64,000 nt of DNA from an uncultured bacterium (GCA_903825105.1 CAIJZI010000005.1:18821-82820), one strand, 5' to 3'. Positions 10,042-20,982 are shown, counted from the stretch's first letter. Made by a program: numbers and translations. The notes: generated from the letters alone by a model not told the origin.

Positions 10042-10458
10042 ATGGAGTATCAGGTACCTCAATTTATTGAAGTTGAAAACAAAATTGTCGGGCCATTGAC
10101 CTTGAGACAATTTATTTACCTAGCTGGTGGGGCAGGGCTGTGTGTTCTGTTCTTTGTTTATTTACCGATAATTTTTGCCCTTTTGTTTTCGGCGCTCGCT
10201 GTTGCCTTTGCGGTCGCACTCTCTTTTTATAAGGTAAATGGAAAGCCTTTTATCGAAGTGCTCGAAGCTGGATTCAACTATTACACTGGCGCAAAACTCT
10301 TTCTCTGGAAAAGAAGAGATCCCGAGGCACAAAAAAATACACTGGCAAAAGTAGAGCCAGAAGTACAGAAAACAGAGAGAATAACCCGAGGGAAGCTCTC
10401 TGAGCTCGCGTGGTCTCTCGATGTCTCTTCTGGTGGCAAGCAGGAAGACCAAAAATAA
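10042..10458 (+). CDS. PrgI family membrane protein
   Basis: YQVPQFIEVENKIVGPLTLRQF N-terminus and two TM helices, upstream of VirB4. Confidence 0.85.
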   Translation: MEYQVPQFIEVENKIVGPLTLRQFIYLAGGAGLCVLFFVYLPIIFALLFSALAVAFAVALSFYKVNGKPFIEVLEAGFNYYTGAKLFLWKRRDPEAQKNTLAKVEPEVQKTERITRGKLSELAWSLDVSSGGKQEDQK

Positions 10459-10459
10459 T

Positions 10460-11095
10460 ATGCCTACACCAAAATCAAATGCGACACAGCAGTTCGTCCC
10501 CGTTAAAGAGATAAAAAACGGCGTCATTATTCTTAAAGATGGTACTTACCGAGGAGTGCTTATCTGTTCAGCGATCAACTTCGGACTTAAGTCTGCGGAC
10601 GAACAGCACGCTATAGTTCTTGGTTTTCAGAATTTTTTAAATATGCTCGATTTTTCTATACAGATAGTGGTGAACTCACGGAAAATGGATTTGCGACCCT
10701 ATCTCGCTCTTCTAGCAGGGAAGGCAGTAGATCAGAAGACGGAGCTTATGCGCATTCAACTCAGAGAATATACCGAGTTCATTCGCTCATTCGCGGAGCA
10801 GTCAAACATAATGACAAAATCGTTTTACATCATCGTACCGTATTCTCCACACGCCTCTACCGCACACACTATGAACTTTCTTAAACGAGAGAGTGATGCT
10901 GTTAAAAATGCTGAGGCAACTACCTCTTTCGGAGAAAGTCGCGCACAACTCGAACAACGAATGTCTCTTATTTCTGGAGGGCTATCAAGAACGGGGGTTC
11001 GCGCGGTGCCGCTTAATACAGAAGAAGTGGTCGAGCTTCTATACCGGTCATTTAATCCAGGAGAATTGGAGAATCCTATTAGACTAGATGTATGA
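10460..11095 (+). CDS. VirB4/TraC-associated protein (VirB4 N-terminal-like)
   Basis: ATQQFVPVKEIKNGVIILKDG, INFGLKS and FLNMLDFSIQI; position between PrgI and VirB4. Confidence 0.75.
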   Translation: MPTPKSNATQQFVPVKEIKNGVIILKDGTYRGVLICSAINFGLKSADEQHAIVLGFQNFLNMLDFSIQIVVNSRKMDLRPYLALLAGKAVDQKTELMRIQLREYTEFIRSFAEQSNIMTKSFYIIVPYSPHASTAHTMNFLKRESDAVKNAEATTSFGESRAQLEQRMSLISGGLSRTGVRAVPLNTEEVVELLYRSFNPGELENPIRLDV

Positions 11096-11125
11096 GATTT
11101 ACACTTTTAAATATTTAAATATCTT

Positions 11126-12943
11126 ATGGCATTACTCGATTTCCTAAATAATAAAAAAGAAAAAGAACGGGAAATAATTCCTGTGCTTCCAAAAGATATT
11201 TATAAGCAGGGAACACTAGACTTGGTAGACACTATAGCGCCAACAGCGCTTCTCGTTGGCTCGCGCGAATTACAACTGGGAGAAAAGTTTGTGCGCGCTT
11301 TTTATACCATTTCATATCCACGATTTCTTTCTGATAGTTGGTTCTCGCCGATTATAAATCTCGACAAGGTTCTCGACGCGTCTATATTCATTCACCCCGT
11401 AGAGACAGAGCAGGCGCTTCGTGGATTCCAGAAAAAAGTCGCCGAAGTACAAAGTCAAATCAGCGAGCGTGAATCAAAAGGCCTTGTGCGCGACCCAATG
11501 CTCGACACAGCATACCAAGATCTCGAGAATTTAAGAAACGACCTCCAACAGGCTCAAGAAAAGCTCTTTGATGTCGGACTCTATTTGTCACTTTATGGTG
11601 ATACGAAAGAAGAGATTGATAAAACAGAAGGGGACATACGCGGCATTCTCGACGCAAAATTGGTGTATACGAAGCCAGCACTCTTCCAACAAGAGCAGGG
11701 ATTCCGTTCCTGCCTCCCGCTCGGAACCGATGAACTTTTGGTCAATTCTAAACTAAATTCGTCGCCACTCTCTTCACTTTTCCCCTTCGTCTCTTTCGAT
11801 CTCACGAGCGACCGTGGCATTTTGTATGGTATAAACAGACACAACTCTTCGCTTGTTCTCTTCGATCGTTTCTCGCTCGAAAATTATAATTCAGTCATAT
11901 TCGCCAAATCAGGTTCTGGTAAGTCGTATGCGACGAAGCTCGAAATCTTGCGTTCGCTTATGTTTGGTACCGATGTTATTGTCATCGACCCAGAACGAGA
12001 ATATGACCAGCTCGCTGAATCGACAGGGGGTCGCTCATTTCACATCTCTCTTTCTTCAGAACATCACATCAATCCGTTTGACCTGCCTCCAGTAAAAGAG
12101 GATGAAGACCCGAAAGATATTCTGCGTTCAAACATCATCGCTCTCGTAGGGCTCTTCCGTATTATGCTTGGCGGTCTCACACCAGAAGAAGATTCTATTA
12201 TCGATCGTGCGATTAGCGAGACCTACGCACTGAAAGACATCACTGGAGACGCTGACTTTACTGGTGCCGAATCGCCGCTACTTTCAGATTTTGAACAAGT
12301 TCTTTCGGGCATGGAAGGGAGCGAGTCGCTCGTCGAGAGACTTTCGAAGTATACGCGCGGGAGCTGGTCAGGCTTTATGAATCAGCCCACCAATATCGAC
12401 CTCAAACAACAATTCGAAATTTTCTCGGTACGCGATATGGAGGATGAGCTTAAGCCAGTGGCGATGTATATCATCACACACTTCATCTGGAATGCGATAC
12501 GCAGAGAGGTTAAGAAGCGCCTGCTGGTTATCGACGAGGCGTGGTGGATGATGAAGAGCGAGGATACCGCGAGCTTCTTGTATTCACTCGCGAAGCGTGG
12601 GCGTAAATATTACATTGGGGTCTGCACCATAACACAAGAAGTTGAAGATTTCGTTAATTCACAATATGGGAGAGCGATATTGAATAATTCATCACTCCAA
12701 CTCCTATTGAAACAGTCTCCGACTTCTATTGATGCACTCCAAAATACTTTTAAATTAACCGATGAGGAAAAATATCTCTTGCTCGAAGCTGGAGTAGGGG
12801 AGGGGCTCTTCTTCGCCGGACTAAAACATGTCGCTATTAAAATCGTCGCCAGTTACACCGAAGATCAGATTATTACTTCAGACCCGTCGCAGCTTCTCGC
12901 GATAAAGGAAGAGAAGGATCGCCATGCAGCAGAACAAAAGTAG
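11126..12943 (+). CDS. VirB4-like conjugation/T4SS ATPase
   Basis: Walker A AKSGSGKS, VIDPEREY, Walker B LLVIDEAW, KRGRKY and ITQ. Confidence 0.9.
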   Translation: MALLDFLNNKKEKEREIIPVLPKDIYKQGTLDLVDTIAPTALLVGSRELQLGEKFVRAFYTISYPRFLSDSWFSPIINLDKVLDASIFIHPVETEQALRGFQKKVAEVQSQISERESKGLVRDPMLDTAYQDLENLRNDLQQAQEKLFDVGLYLSLYGDTKEEIDKTEGDIRGILDAKLVYTKPALFQQEQGFRSCLPLGTDELLVNSKLNSSPLSSLFPFVSFDLTSDRGILYGINRHNSSLVLFDRFSLENYNSVIFAKSGSGKSYATKLEILRSLMFGTDVIVIDPEREYDQLAESTGGRSFHISLSSEHHINPFDLPPVKEDEDPKDILRSNIIALVGLFRIMLGGLTPEEDSIIDRAISETYALKDITGDADFTGAESPLLSDFEQVLSGMEGSESLVERLSKYTRGSWSGFMNQPTNIDLKQQFEIFSVRDMEDELKPVAMYIITHFIWNAIRREVKKRLLVIDEAWWMMKSEDTASFLYSLAKRGRKYYIGVCTITQEVEDFVNSQYGRAILNNSSLQLLLKQSPTSIDALQNTFKLTDEEKYLLLEAGVGEGLFFAGLKHVAIKIVASYTEDQIITSDPSQLLAIKEEKDRHAAEQK

Positions 12944-13589
12944 CCCCAAGTTACCGCAAAACAGAAATCGCGGCACGGTACCCAGAAGGAATAGTGGTTC
13001 TAGCCCTCCACCGACGATGACTTGGGGTAAAGCGTCGCCGGTTTTGGTAGTGGCAGTTATCTTTGATTTGGCACGAAACTTTTTCGAATGGTTTTGGCTT
13101 TTTGGGCCGGCGCTCTTCGCTGTCGGGTGTACCGCAGGGATGAATAGTTATATAGGAACGACCATCACACAGCTTTCTGGTAAGGCTGTCGCGGTAGGCT
13201 GTATGGCTCTCGCTGGAGTGGCTGGATATTTTGGCGTTGAAGTTACCGAGGGATTTGGCATTATGATGGCGGCATTTGTTGGGTTCACTGGTTTTTTAAC
13301 TTTGCTTCTTTTGATTTCAATGACCAATTCTCGTTTGTTTAAAGTAAATCCGCGCGGGATGTTTTCTTTTGTGGGAAGTTTTGGCGTATGCGAAGTTCCT
13401 TTTGTTGGAGCAATCCCAGCTTTTTCGATCAGTCTTTATTTGTTGTACCGAAGACAGATAAAAATAGAAAAAGCAGCACTCAAAGCATGGAAGAAAGAAC
13501 AGGAAGAAAATAAACAGAATGAAAGAGCTGGTCAAATCACAGAGTTTATACAAATGCGCGATGCCCAACTAGCTTATGGCGAGATATAA
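12924..13589 (+). CDS. Hypothetical membrane protein
   Basis: Multiple TM segments; in operon with VirB4. Confidence 0.7.
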   Translation: MQQNKSSPKLPQNRNRGTVPRRNSGSSPPPTMTWGKASPVLVVAVIFDLARNFFEWFWLFGPALFAVGCTAGMNSYIGTTITQLSGKAVAVGCMALAGVAGYFGVEVTEGFGIMMAAFVGFTGFLTLLLLISMTNSRLFKVNPRGMFSFVGSFGVCEVPFVGAIPAFSISLYLLYRRQIKIEKAALKAWKKEQEENKQNERAGQITEFIQMRDAQLAYGEI

Positions 13590-13596
13590 TGAATCT

Positions 13597-14601
13597 ATGC
13601 GTTTTATTTTTCCACTCGCTTTAACTCTTCTCATTCTGCCTTCTGTAGCATTCGCTCAATTTTTAGGAGGAGATGCACTTGATGAGAGCACTGCCTTCTC
13701 TGCTTCGATAGACCCACAGTATCCAGCGCCGTATACCAATGCGACACTTTCTGTTCTTTCAGCATCTCTTGACCTCGCGAATGCGACAATGAAAGTTTCT
13801 GTAAATAAAAAACAAATCTATTCTGGAAGCGTCCAAGATCTTTCTATTCGTCTTGGCGGTGCAGGGAATATGACAAAAATAGATGTGACGATTTCATCTT
13901 CTGGGAAAAGCTATACCCAAAACCTCTCTGTTCAACCACAAGATGTGGTGCTCGTAGCCGAGCCACTATCTTCTGCTCCACCACTCTACCCAGGGAAGAC
14001 ACTGGTGCCTCTCGAAGGGAGTGTGCGTGTTGTCGCTATGGCAAATCTCCGAGATACAAAAGGGAAAGCCATCGATCCTGCGACCCTCTCATACTCTTGG
14101 ACGGTTGATGAAACGAGTCTCTCAAATGCATCTGGGATTGGGAAAAGTGCGATTATTGTAGATTCCCCATTTAAGTACCGCTCGACAGATGTATCCGTGT
14201 CGATAAAGAGCCAAGACGGCTCACTTGTTGGCGGAGACTCTTTGTCGCTCGTTGCCTCTGACCCAGTCATCCGTGTGTATGAAAACGATCCACTCCTCGG
14301 TATTGTCTTTAACCGCGCCATTTCAGGAAATTATAAAATCACTTCATCTGAAGATTCGCTCTATGCCGCTCCATTCTCTATGCCAACCTCTTCTGGACTA
14401 CCGGTTATTCAATGGTTTTTAAATGGTGACCTCGCACAAACCGGAAAGACAATAACACTGCGCCCAACAGGAAGCGGGCAGGGGAGCGCTTCTCTCTCGC
14501 TCATCGCGTCTTCAGGAGAATCAACACGAGCGACTCAAGAATTCTCGCTCTCTTTTGGCGCGATACAGAGTAGCGTGCTTAATAAATTATTTGGACTATG
14601 A
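13597..14601 (+). CDS. Secreted Ig-like beta-sandwich protein
   Basis: Signal peptide ending VAFA; LSYSWTVD and IQWFLNG strands. Confidence 0.7.
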   Translation: MRFIFPLALTLLILPSVAFAQFLGGDALDESTAFSASIDPQYPAPYTNATLSVLSASLDLANATMKVSVNKKQIYSGSVQDLSIRLGGAGNMTKIDVTISSSGKSYTQNLSVQPQDVVLVAEPLSSAPPLYPGKTLVPLEGSVRVVAMANLRDTKGKAIDPATLSYSWTVDETSLSNASGIGKSAIIVDSPFKYRSTDVSVSIKSQDGSLVGGDSLSLVASDPVIRVYENDPLLGIVFNRAISGNYKITSSEDSLYAAPFSMPTSSGLPVIQWFLNGDLAQTGKTITLRPTGSGQGSASLSLIASSGESTRATQEFSLSFGAIQSSVLNKLFGL

Positions 14602-15869
14602 AAAAAATTATTTTTCTATTCTTGATTCTTTCTTTATCTCTTTCTCTCCCGCATTTTGCATTTGCACAACAAGTTGGAGAAGTTGGGGATACTTGTAAAA
14701 CACCAAACGATTGTTCTGTGGATTATTGTGTTAACAATGTTTGTAGTGCCGGAGAAGCGGGAGATGTTTGCAATGGAAATGGTGATTGCTCTGGAGATCT
14801 AACTTGTAAAAATAAAGTCTGTGCTAGTACAAGTTCCTCAAATACGCAATCAACAACACAAGCGAAAACAAATGGATTCACCGCGCTCGCGCCAATACCA
14901 GGCCTCACAGATAAATCGAGTACCGCTTTGGTAAATTCAGACAGTCTCGCAAACTTCTTTAACAATCTTTATAAATATCTTATCGGCCTCGCCGCGATCT
15001 TGGCGATTATACAGATAATGTGGGCGGGCTTTGATATGGCTTGGGAACACAAGGATTCGGTGAGTGCGATAACTGATGATAAAGGGAGGATTAAAAACGC
15101 CATTTTTGGACTTGTTCTTATCCTCTCTCCGGCCGTTATCTTCTCTATCATTAATCCAAGTATTCTGAACTTATCTATCGGCCTCCAACCGCTTGATATG
15201 TCGAAGACTACTATGGATTCAAGTGGATCTGGAACAGGTAATGATCTTTTGACACAGGACGGCAAACCTCCAATTACACAAACTAAATCAACCTCAGGAT
15301 GCGCGACAGCTACAAATGGTCCTCTGAGTGGAACTTTTTATACAACATGTACAGCTACGGATGAAAAAACCGCATCTAGCGAAGCCGCATCCTATGTGGC
15401 AGCTAATTGTCCTACAAGCGGCACGAAAACTGGAGGGGCGTATGCTGCTGTTGGATCTGATGAGAAGACAACAATGGACTCAAATAATAATATTAAAAAA
15501 TATTATTCTACATATTCTGCAAAAGCTTGGTGTAGCCAAATTATTAAAATAACTGGCGTATACCAAAAAAGTTTGATGAATTCTGAAATTTCTAATCTAA
15601 TAGGTTATTTCAACGCATCAGATGCGATTGGAAATATAAATCCTGATAAAGTGTGTGGTAATTGGTCTTTATCTGGCAGTTTTAAGGTGGATAATTTTTC
15701 ATCATCAGCTGGATTGGATAATTCAGGCGGGTATGGTTCTGACAATCTTGGTCCATGTCCTAGTGACGATTCTTTCCAGAAATGGTTTCTTGCACTTAAA
15801 GGGAAAAATGATCTATATGTACCAACATGCGGGGACACAAGCTTCTATTGCGTAATGCCTATTAATTAA
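14598..15869 (+). CDS. Secreted/membrane protein with Cys-rich repeats and a TrbC/VirB2-like pilin segment
   Basis: Signal peptide, two Cys repeats, then YLIGLAAILAIIQIMWAG..KGRIKNAIFGLVLIL..INP. Confidence 0.7.
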   Translation: MKKIIFLFLILSLSLSLPHFAFAQQVGEVGDTCKTPNDCSVDYCVNNVCSAGEAGDVCNGNGDCSGDLTCKNKVCASTSSSNTQSTTQAKTNGFTALAPIPGLTDKSSTALVNSDSLANFFNNLYKYLIGLAAILAIIQIMWAGFDMAWEHKDSVSAITDDKGRIKNAIFGLVLILSPAVIFSIINPSILNLSIGLQPLDMSKTTMDSSGSGTGNDLLTQDGKPPITQTKSTSGCATATNGPLSGTFYTTCTATDEKTASSEAASYVAANCPTSGTKTGGAYAAVGSDEKTTMDSNNNIKKYYSTYSAKAWCSQIIKITGVYQKSLMNSEISNLIGYFNASDAIGNINPDKVCGNWSLSGSFKVDNFSSSAGLDNSGGYGSDNLGPCPSDDSFQKWFLALKGKNDLYVPTCGDTSFYCVMPIN

Positions 15870-15870
15870 C

Positions 15871-17103
15871 ATGAAACGCTTCCTTCTCATCCTCATAACA
15901 CTCATCATCCTCATCGGAGTTGGGGTATTTATTTATTTCTACTTCTTCGCCAATAAAGCGACGGTTGTCGTTGCTCCTCCTGGTACGACAACACTCCCGA
16001 TCTCTGGAAATAATGGAACGACACAATCTGGTGGTGGAAATAAAAACCCAAATTCATCAGCTTCGAGTATCCCAGTGTCAGTCGCGCCGAGACTCGTCGA
16101 GATAAATGCCGGGCCGGTCGTGAATGGGGAAGTGGTGCTCGATGTTTCTATTAAAAATGCCACAACCTCTGCCTCAACTACTCCCGTAATAAGCTCGGAT
16201 GTTATCGCTAAATATATCGAGCGCGAAAGTGGCAATGTTTTTTCCTATTCAGTAAAAGACAATAAGAATACGCGCGTGAGTAATAAGACACTCCCCGGGA
16301 TTCAGTCAGCGACTTGGCTGCCAAATGGATTAACTGCATTTGTTCGTTACCTATCAGGAAATGATTTTTCTACCATAAACACCTATGCTTTCATGGCAGA
16401 TGGTTCTAACGGATTCTTTTTACAACAAAATCTCTCTAGTATCGATATCTCTTCGACGAGTGTCCTTATGCTCGCTTCTGGAGTAAATGGCTCATCAGCT
16501 TCTCTCGCGAACACCGACGGCACCAAAGCCTCAAATGTGTTCACAACACCGCTTTCACAGCTTCGTGTGTCATTCGCTGGTAAAAAATATCTCGCCTACA
16601 CCAAACCGTCTTCTGGGATAGATGGATATGCATTTATTGTTGATTCGACAGGCCACTTCTCGAGAATCGCTGGGCCCCGTAGCGGTCTTACCGCTCTCGC
16701 GAGCCCTTCTGGCGCGTGGGTACTCTTAAGTTACCCTCTCAACAACGACCTCCAAATGGAGCTCGTGAACACCTCAACAGGAGAGATTGTCTCTCTTCCG
16801 GTCGCGACTATCGCTGACAAGTGTGTATGGACGAATGATGAATCTTCTATTTATTGTGGCATCCCGACAAATGTTTCGAGTGATGCCTCGTATCCTGATG
16901 ATTGGTATCAAGGGGCGTTCCAATTTTCAGACCGAATCTGGAAGATAGATGTTTCTGGCAGATTTGCTCAACTCACACTCGACTTTTCAAGTGCGACAAA
17001 TGGAGTTTCTCTCGACGCTGTCGCTCTCTCGGTTGACCAAAATAATACCGAACTTGTTTTTATGAACAAAAACGACAACTCTCTTTGGGGCTATCAGCTC
17101 TAG
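15871..17103 (+). CDS. Membrane-anchored beta-propeller-like protein
   Basis: N-terminal TM; ADKCVW..IYCGIP and PDDWYQG motifs; beta-rich. Confidence 0.65.
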   Translation: MKRFLLILITLIILIGVGVFIYFYFFANKATVVVAPPGTTTLPISGNNGTTQSGGGNKNPNSSASSIPVSVAPRLVEINAGPVVNGEVVLDVSIKNATTSASTTPVISSDVIAKYIERESGNVFSYSVKDNKNTRVSNKTLPGIQSATWLPNGLTAFVRYLSGNDFSTINTYAFMADGSNGFFLQQNLSSIDISSTSVLMLASGVNGSSASLANTDGTKASNVFTTPLSQLRVSFAGKKYLAYTKPSSGIDGYAFIVDSTGHFSRIAGPRSGLTALASPSGAWVLLSYPLNNDLQMELVNTSTGEIVSLPVATIADKCVWTNDESSIYCGIPTNVSSDASYPDDWYQGAFQFSDRIWKIDVSGRFAQLTLDFSSATNGVSLDAVALSVDQNNTELVFMNKNDNSLWGYQL

Positions 17104-17106
17104 AGA

Positions 17107-17847
17107 TTACACCTTCTCACTTACACCTTCTTTTACTCCTCTCCTAACATAGAGCTCTTGTAGTGTGCCGACGATATTTGTTGTGATGAAGTAGAGCGCC
17201 ACCGCTCCTGAGGTTGTGTACGAAATAACAGCAATAAGAAAGGGGAAGACATACTTTAATTGCATTCCCATCATCTGTTGGAATCCTGCCTGCATTCCGC
17301 TTCCGTCTCCTGATGGCTTCATGGTCCCCGAGAGGGCGAAATGTGCTTGAAGGAATTGTGTTACGCCAGCCAAAATCGCCAACAAAATACTTTTCCCTGC
17401 GACAGAAATTATTCCTAAAAATTCTAGAGAAATGGTGTGTGGAATTGGTGTTATCGCGTACAATCTCGCTGTGTTTATAACAGAAAATGGTTCATAGCAA
17501 AAAACCCAATAGAGTGCGAGGAGGACTGGAATTTGAATAAACACCGTTAGAATACTCGCGAAGGGATTCACTTTTGCATCTTTATATAAAGCGAGTGTTT
17601 CTATAGCTTCTTTTTCTTTATCGCCCTTGTGCTTTTCTTTTAATTCTTTTAATTTAGGTTCCAGGACTTTCATCGCGCGCTGTGTTCTGACTGCCGACAA
17701 AGAGAAGGGGAGGAGAATCAAACGAATGATGATAGTGATGAGAATAACCGCGACACCCACATCGCCTTTTGGAATAAAAGCGACAAGCGCTACGAGAGCG
17801 TTATATATCGGATTATAAAAAACGGCGTGAAAAAAAGCTGAAATCAC
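17107..17847 (-). CDS. yidC: Membrane protein insertase YidC
   Basis: IIRLILLP, LYKDAKVNP and IQIPVLLALY; synteny with rnpA-rpmH. Confidence 0.93.
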   Translation of the reverse strand: MISAFFHAVFYNPIYNALVALVAFIPKGDVGVAVILITIIIRLILLPFSLSAVRTQRAMKVLEPKLKELKEKHKGDKEKEAIETLALYKDAKVNPFASILTVFIQIPVLLALYWVFCYEPFSVINTARLYAITPIPHTISLEFLGIISVAGKSILLAILAGVTQFLQAHFALSGTMKPSGDGSGMQAGFQQMMGMQLKYVFPFLIAVISYTTSGAVALYFITTNIVGTLQELYVRRGVKEGVSEKV

Positions 17848-17865
17848 AGGTGGTTGGATTAATTT

Positions 17866-18168
17866 TTATATTTTAGAAATAAGATCTATGAGTTCTTTTT
17901 CTATATCCTGATAGTGTACACCCTCTAGTTTAGAACGCGAAAAAACAATAAGCGATGGTGGTAATTTCTGTTTTTTGAGAGCTCCGATGATGCGCCGCTT
18001 TATTTTATGCCTGTCGACAGAGAGCTTGGCTACCTTTTTGGGCACCACAACAGCATATCCTGCCACCTCTTTAGAAACAGTGGCGGTAAAGTGGGTAGAA
18101 GAGAATCTGCGCCCTTTTAGTACGAGAGGGAATGTTGCTCGCGTCAGCCTATAACTGCGCTTAAACAC
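17866..18168 (-). CDS. rnpA: RNase P protein component
   Basis: VVVPKKVAKLSVDRHKIKRR (RNR-like motif); synteny. Confidence 0.88.
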   Translation of the reverse strand: MFKRSYRLTRATFPLVLKGRRFSSTHFTATVSKEVAGYAVVVPKKVAKLSVDRHKIKRRIIGALKKQKLPPSLIVFSRSKLEGVHYQDIEKELIDLISKI

Positions 18169-18172
18169 GGGT

Positions 18173-18310
18173 TTAGACGGCTAAACTGGCCCTTCCTGCT
18201 CTTCGTCGCCCTTTTATAATCTTACGGCCAGAACTGGTTGCCTTTCGAGCAAGAAATCCATGCGTCGTTGCGCGCTTCTTTTTCTTTGGTTGGTAGGTTC
18301 TTTTTGGCAT
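18173..18310 (-). CDS. rpmH: 50S ribosomal protein L34
   Basis: [22 protein letters not shown]; start at 18310. Confidence 0.95.
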   Translation of the reverse strand: MPKRTYQPKKKKRATTHGFLARKATSSGRKIIKGRRRAGRASLAV

Positions 18311-18323
18311 ATTAAATAGGTGT

Positions 18324-18332
18324 TTATCCACA
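18324..18332 (+). promoter_or_regulatory. Consensus DnaA box upstream of dnaA
   Basis: TTATCCACA. Confidence 0.8.
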
Positions 18333-18401
18333 CATAGTACCAGATTCTGCACAAAACACCATTTTGTCCTAGTTTTATGAAAAGAGTATACTCTGGGCAC
18401 G

Positions 18402-19754
18402 ATGGACAAGAGAAATTTACAGGAACTTTGGGAACATGTTTTGACTCAAGTTGAACTTTCTATATCTCCTGCGAATTTTAATACTTGGTTTTGTAACAGT
18501 TTCATTGTGAAGGTTACTGAAGATGGGGTAGTCCACATTGGTGTTCCAAGTCAGTTCTTCAAGGATTGGTATATGAAAAAGTTTCATACGCTCTTATTGA
18601 AAATCCTCCGTGACATTTCTTATGAGTTCAGAAACATTGAATACGCAATAGTGAAAGATGAGCGGAGAAAAGTTTTAAAAGAAACAAAGAAAGTTTCTGG
18701 CGCGATGGAGCTTCCGTTAAATGAATTTTATATTAATAAGAGCGATAACCTAAATCCGCGCTATACCTTCGATACTTTTGTTGTTGGGTCTTTCAACGAG
18801 CTTGCCTATACCGCTGCTCAAGCCGCACTCAAACGCCCTGGCATAACCTATAACCCACTTTTTATTTATGGAGATACTGGGAGAGGGAAGACGCATTTAA
18901 TACAGGCGATTGGTAATCAATTTAAAAAACAGTTCAACAGCCAAAAAGTTTTTTATCTTACTTCTGAAAAGTTTGCTATTGATTATACGGACTCTGTTCA
19001 AGCCGGAACGGCGAATCGTTTTAAAGACAAATATCGTCAGTACGATCTTCTTATTATGGATGATGTGCAGTTTCTTTCTAAAAAAGAAAAGACCCAAGAG
19101 GAACTCTTTCATTTGTTCAATGCTTTATACGATACCAATAAGCAAATTATATTCTCATCTGATCGTTCTCCTGTCGCCATTCCAGATATCGCAGAGCGCT
19201 TAAAAGGGAGACTTGCTAGTGGAATGACAGTTGATATTAGTGAGCCAGACACTGAATCTCGTATGGCGATTATTCAAAAAAAGGCGGCATTACACGGGTT
19301 TATGCTCTCAAATGATGTTGTTGAGTATGTGGCGACCTCTATAACAGGATCTATTCGTGAACTTGAAGGGATGATAAATAATATTGTCTGCCACGCCCAA
19401 GCGAAAGGGTATGCGCCAGATATTGCTGAAGTGAGACAGTCGCTTCGATCCTTCACTCGTCCACAAAAAACAATTTCGATTAAAAATGTTGTGGATAAAG
19501 TTGCTGAATTTTATGGAATTGATGAAGAGAGTATTTATGAAAAGACGCGACGAAGGGAAGTGGTGCGTCCACGCCAGGTGATTATGTATCTTCTTCGAGA
19601 AGATTTTAATATTTCATATCCAACCATTGGTTCAAAACTTGGCGGACGCGATCATACAACCGTTATCCACTCTTGTGAAAAAATAAAGCGTGAAATAGTT
19701 GGGGATGCAGATCTATCTAAAGATATACAGAGTATAAGAGCCCTACTTGTATGA
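18402..19754 (+). CDS. dnaA: Chromosomal replication initiator DnaA
   Basis: [30 protein letters not shown] and [10 protein letters not shown]. Confidence 0.98.
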   Translation: MDKRNLQELWEHVLTQVELSISPANFNTWFCNSFIVKVTEDGVVHIGVPSQFFKDWYMKKFHTLLLKILRDISYEFRNIEYAIVKDERRKVLKETKKVSGAMELPLNEFYINKSDNLNPRYTFDTFVVGSFNELAYTAAQAALKRPGITYNPLFIYGDTGRGKTHLIQAIGNQFKKQFNSQKVFYLTSEKFAIDYTDSVQAGTANRFKDKYRQYDLLIMDDVQFLSKKEKTQEELFHLFNALYDTNKQIIFSSDRSPVAIPDIAERLKGRLASGMTVDISEPDTESRMAIIQKKAALHGFMLSNDVVEYVATSITGSIRELEGMINNIVCHAQAKGYAPDIAEVRQSLRSFTRPQKTISIKNVVDKVAEFYGIDEESIYEKTRRREVVRPRQVIMYLLREDFNISYPTIGSKLGGRDHTTVIHSCEKIKREIVGDADLSKDIQSIRALLV

Positions 19755-19877
19755 TACCTTTCAACACACTATCAACAGGTTTAGGGTATAATGAAGAAAG
19801 AAAGAAGCTTGTATTTAATGGTTATTTTTTACTTCTCCACATATCAACACCCTTAATAGAAACATCATAAGAATTTT
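19755..19877. other. Probable oriC segment (dnaA-dnaN spacer)
   Basis: AT-rich with DnaA-box-like TTCAACACA, TATCAACAG, TTCTCCACA and TATCAACAC; perfect box TGTGGATAA at 19490. Confidence 0.6.
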
Positions 19878-20978
19878 ATGAATATTTCAATAAATAAAAA
19901 ATTATTCTCAGAGGCTGTGCATATCGTCTCACGATTCTCTGATAAGAAAAATACAACACTTCCAGCACTCTCTTCTATTCTTATTATTGCGAGTGATGGG
20001 GAGATAAAAATGAGAGCTACAAACCTAGAAATAGGAGCGGATTTAAAAATTAATGGAAATATAAAAAGTGAAGGTGTTGTCGCTGTACCATCCTCGCTTT
20101 TACAACAAATAGCGAATTCTTTGTCAGGAGAAGGGGATATAACACTCGAACACACAGGAAATATTGTTTCGCTTACGAGCGGATCAGGAAAAAGTTCAAT
20201 AAAAACAACACTATATGAAGACTTCCCATCAATTCCTTTCCCAGAAAATACAAAAGGAAGAATGGTTATACAGGGTGTAATTCTAAAAAATATATTCACT
20301 TCAGTGGCGTCATGTGCCTCTTTGTCTACTATTCGTCCAGAACTCGCTAGTGTGTATATGACGATAGAAGGAGGTGCTTTAACAGCTGTTGCTACAGATT
20401 CTTTCAGACTTGTGGAGAAAAAAGTTCCTCTTGTTAACAAAGGTACTCAAGGAAAATTCCTTATTCCTGCAAAAAATGCTCTTGAAATAGCACAAATCCT
20501 ACCTGATGAAGAAATCATTGTGTCTTTTGACGAGCATCAATGCGCTTTTGTTAGTCCAAAAGGAATGTTCGTTTCGCGATTAACAAATGCAATCTATCCA
20601 GACTACAGACAAATCATTCCAAAAGAATCAGTGGCAGAAGCTGTGGTGTTACGAAAAGATTTTGAAACAGCTCTCAAACAAACAACCATCTTTTCTGACT
20701 CATTCCAAAAAATTCGTTTAGGTTTCGATCCAAAAAAGAATCAACTCTCTTTCTTTGCGAAGAATAATGATGTGGGAGAATCGTCCGAAACAATACAAGC
20801 GCGTATTTCTGGTGGTGCTATTGAATTATCTTTTAATCATAAATACCTAAACACCGCATTATCAATGTCATTAAATGATAGTATTTCTCTATCCTCAGCT
20901 GGAATTGGGCGACCACTTATAATCAAAGGGGTAGGGGACTCATCGTTGCTTTATCTCGTTTCCCCAATGAATCAGTAG
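19878..20978 (+). CDS. dnaN: DNA polymerase III beta clamp
   Basis: ATNLEIG, VATDSFRL, YPDYRQIIP and YLVSPM. Confidence 0.97.
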   Translation: MNISINKKLFSEAVHIVSRFSDKKNTTLPALSSILIIASDGEIKMRATNLEIGADLKINGNIKSEGVVAVPSSLLQQIANSLSGEGDITLEHTGNIVSLTSGSGKSSIKTTLYEDFPSIPFPENTKGRMVIQGVILKNIFTSVASCASLSTIRPELASVYMTIEGGALTAVATDSFRLVEKKVPLVNKGTQGKFLIPAKNALEIAQILPDEEIIVSFDEHQCAFVSPKGMFVSRLTNAIYPDYRQIIPKESVAEAVVLRKDFETALKQTTIFSDSFQKIRLGFDPKKNQLSFFAKNNDVGESSETIQARISGGAIELSFNHKYLNTALSMSLNDSISLSSAGIGRPLIIKGVGDSSLLYLVSPMNQ

Positions 20979-20982
20979 GTGA

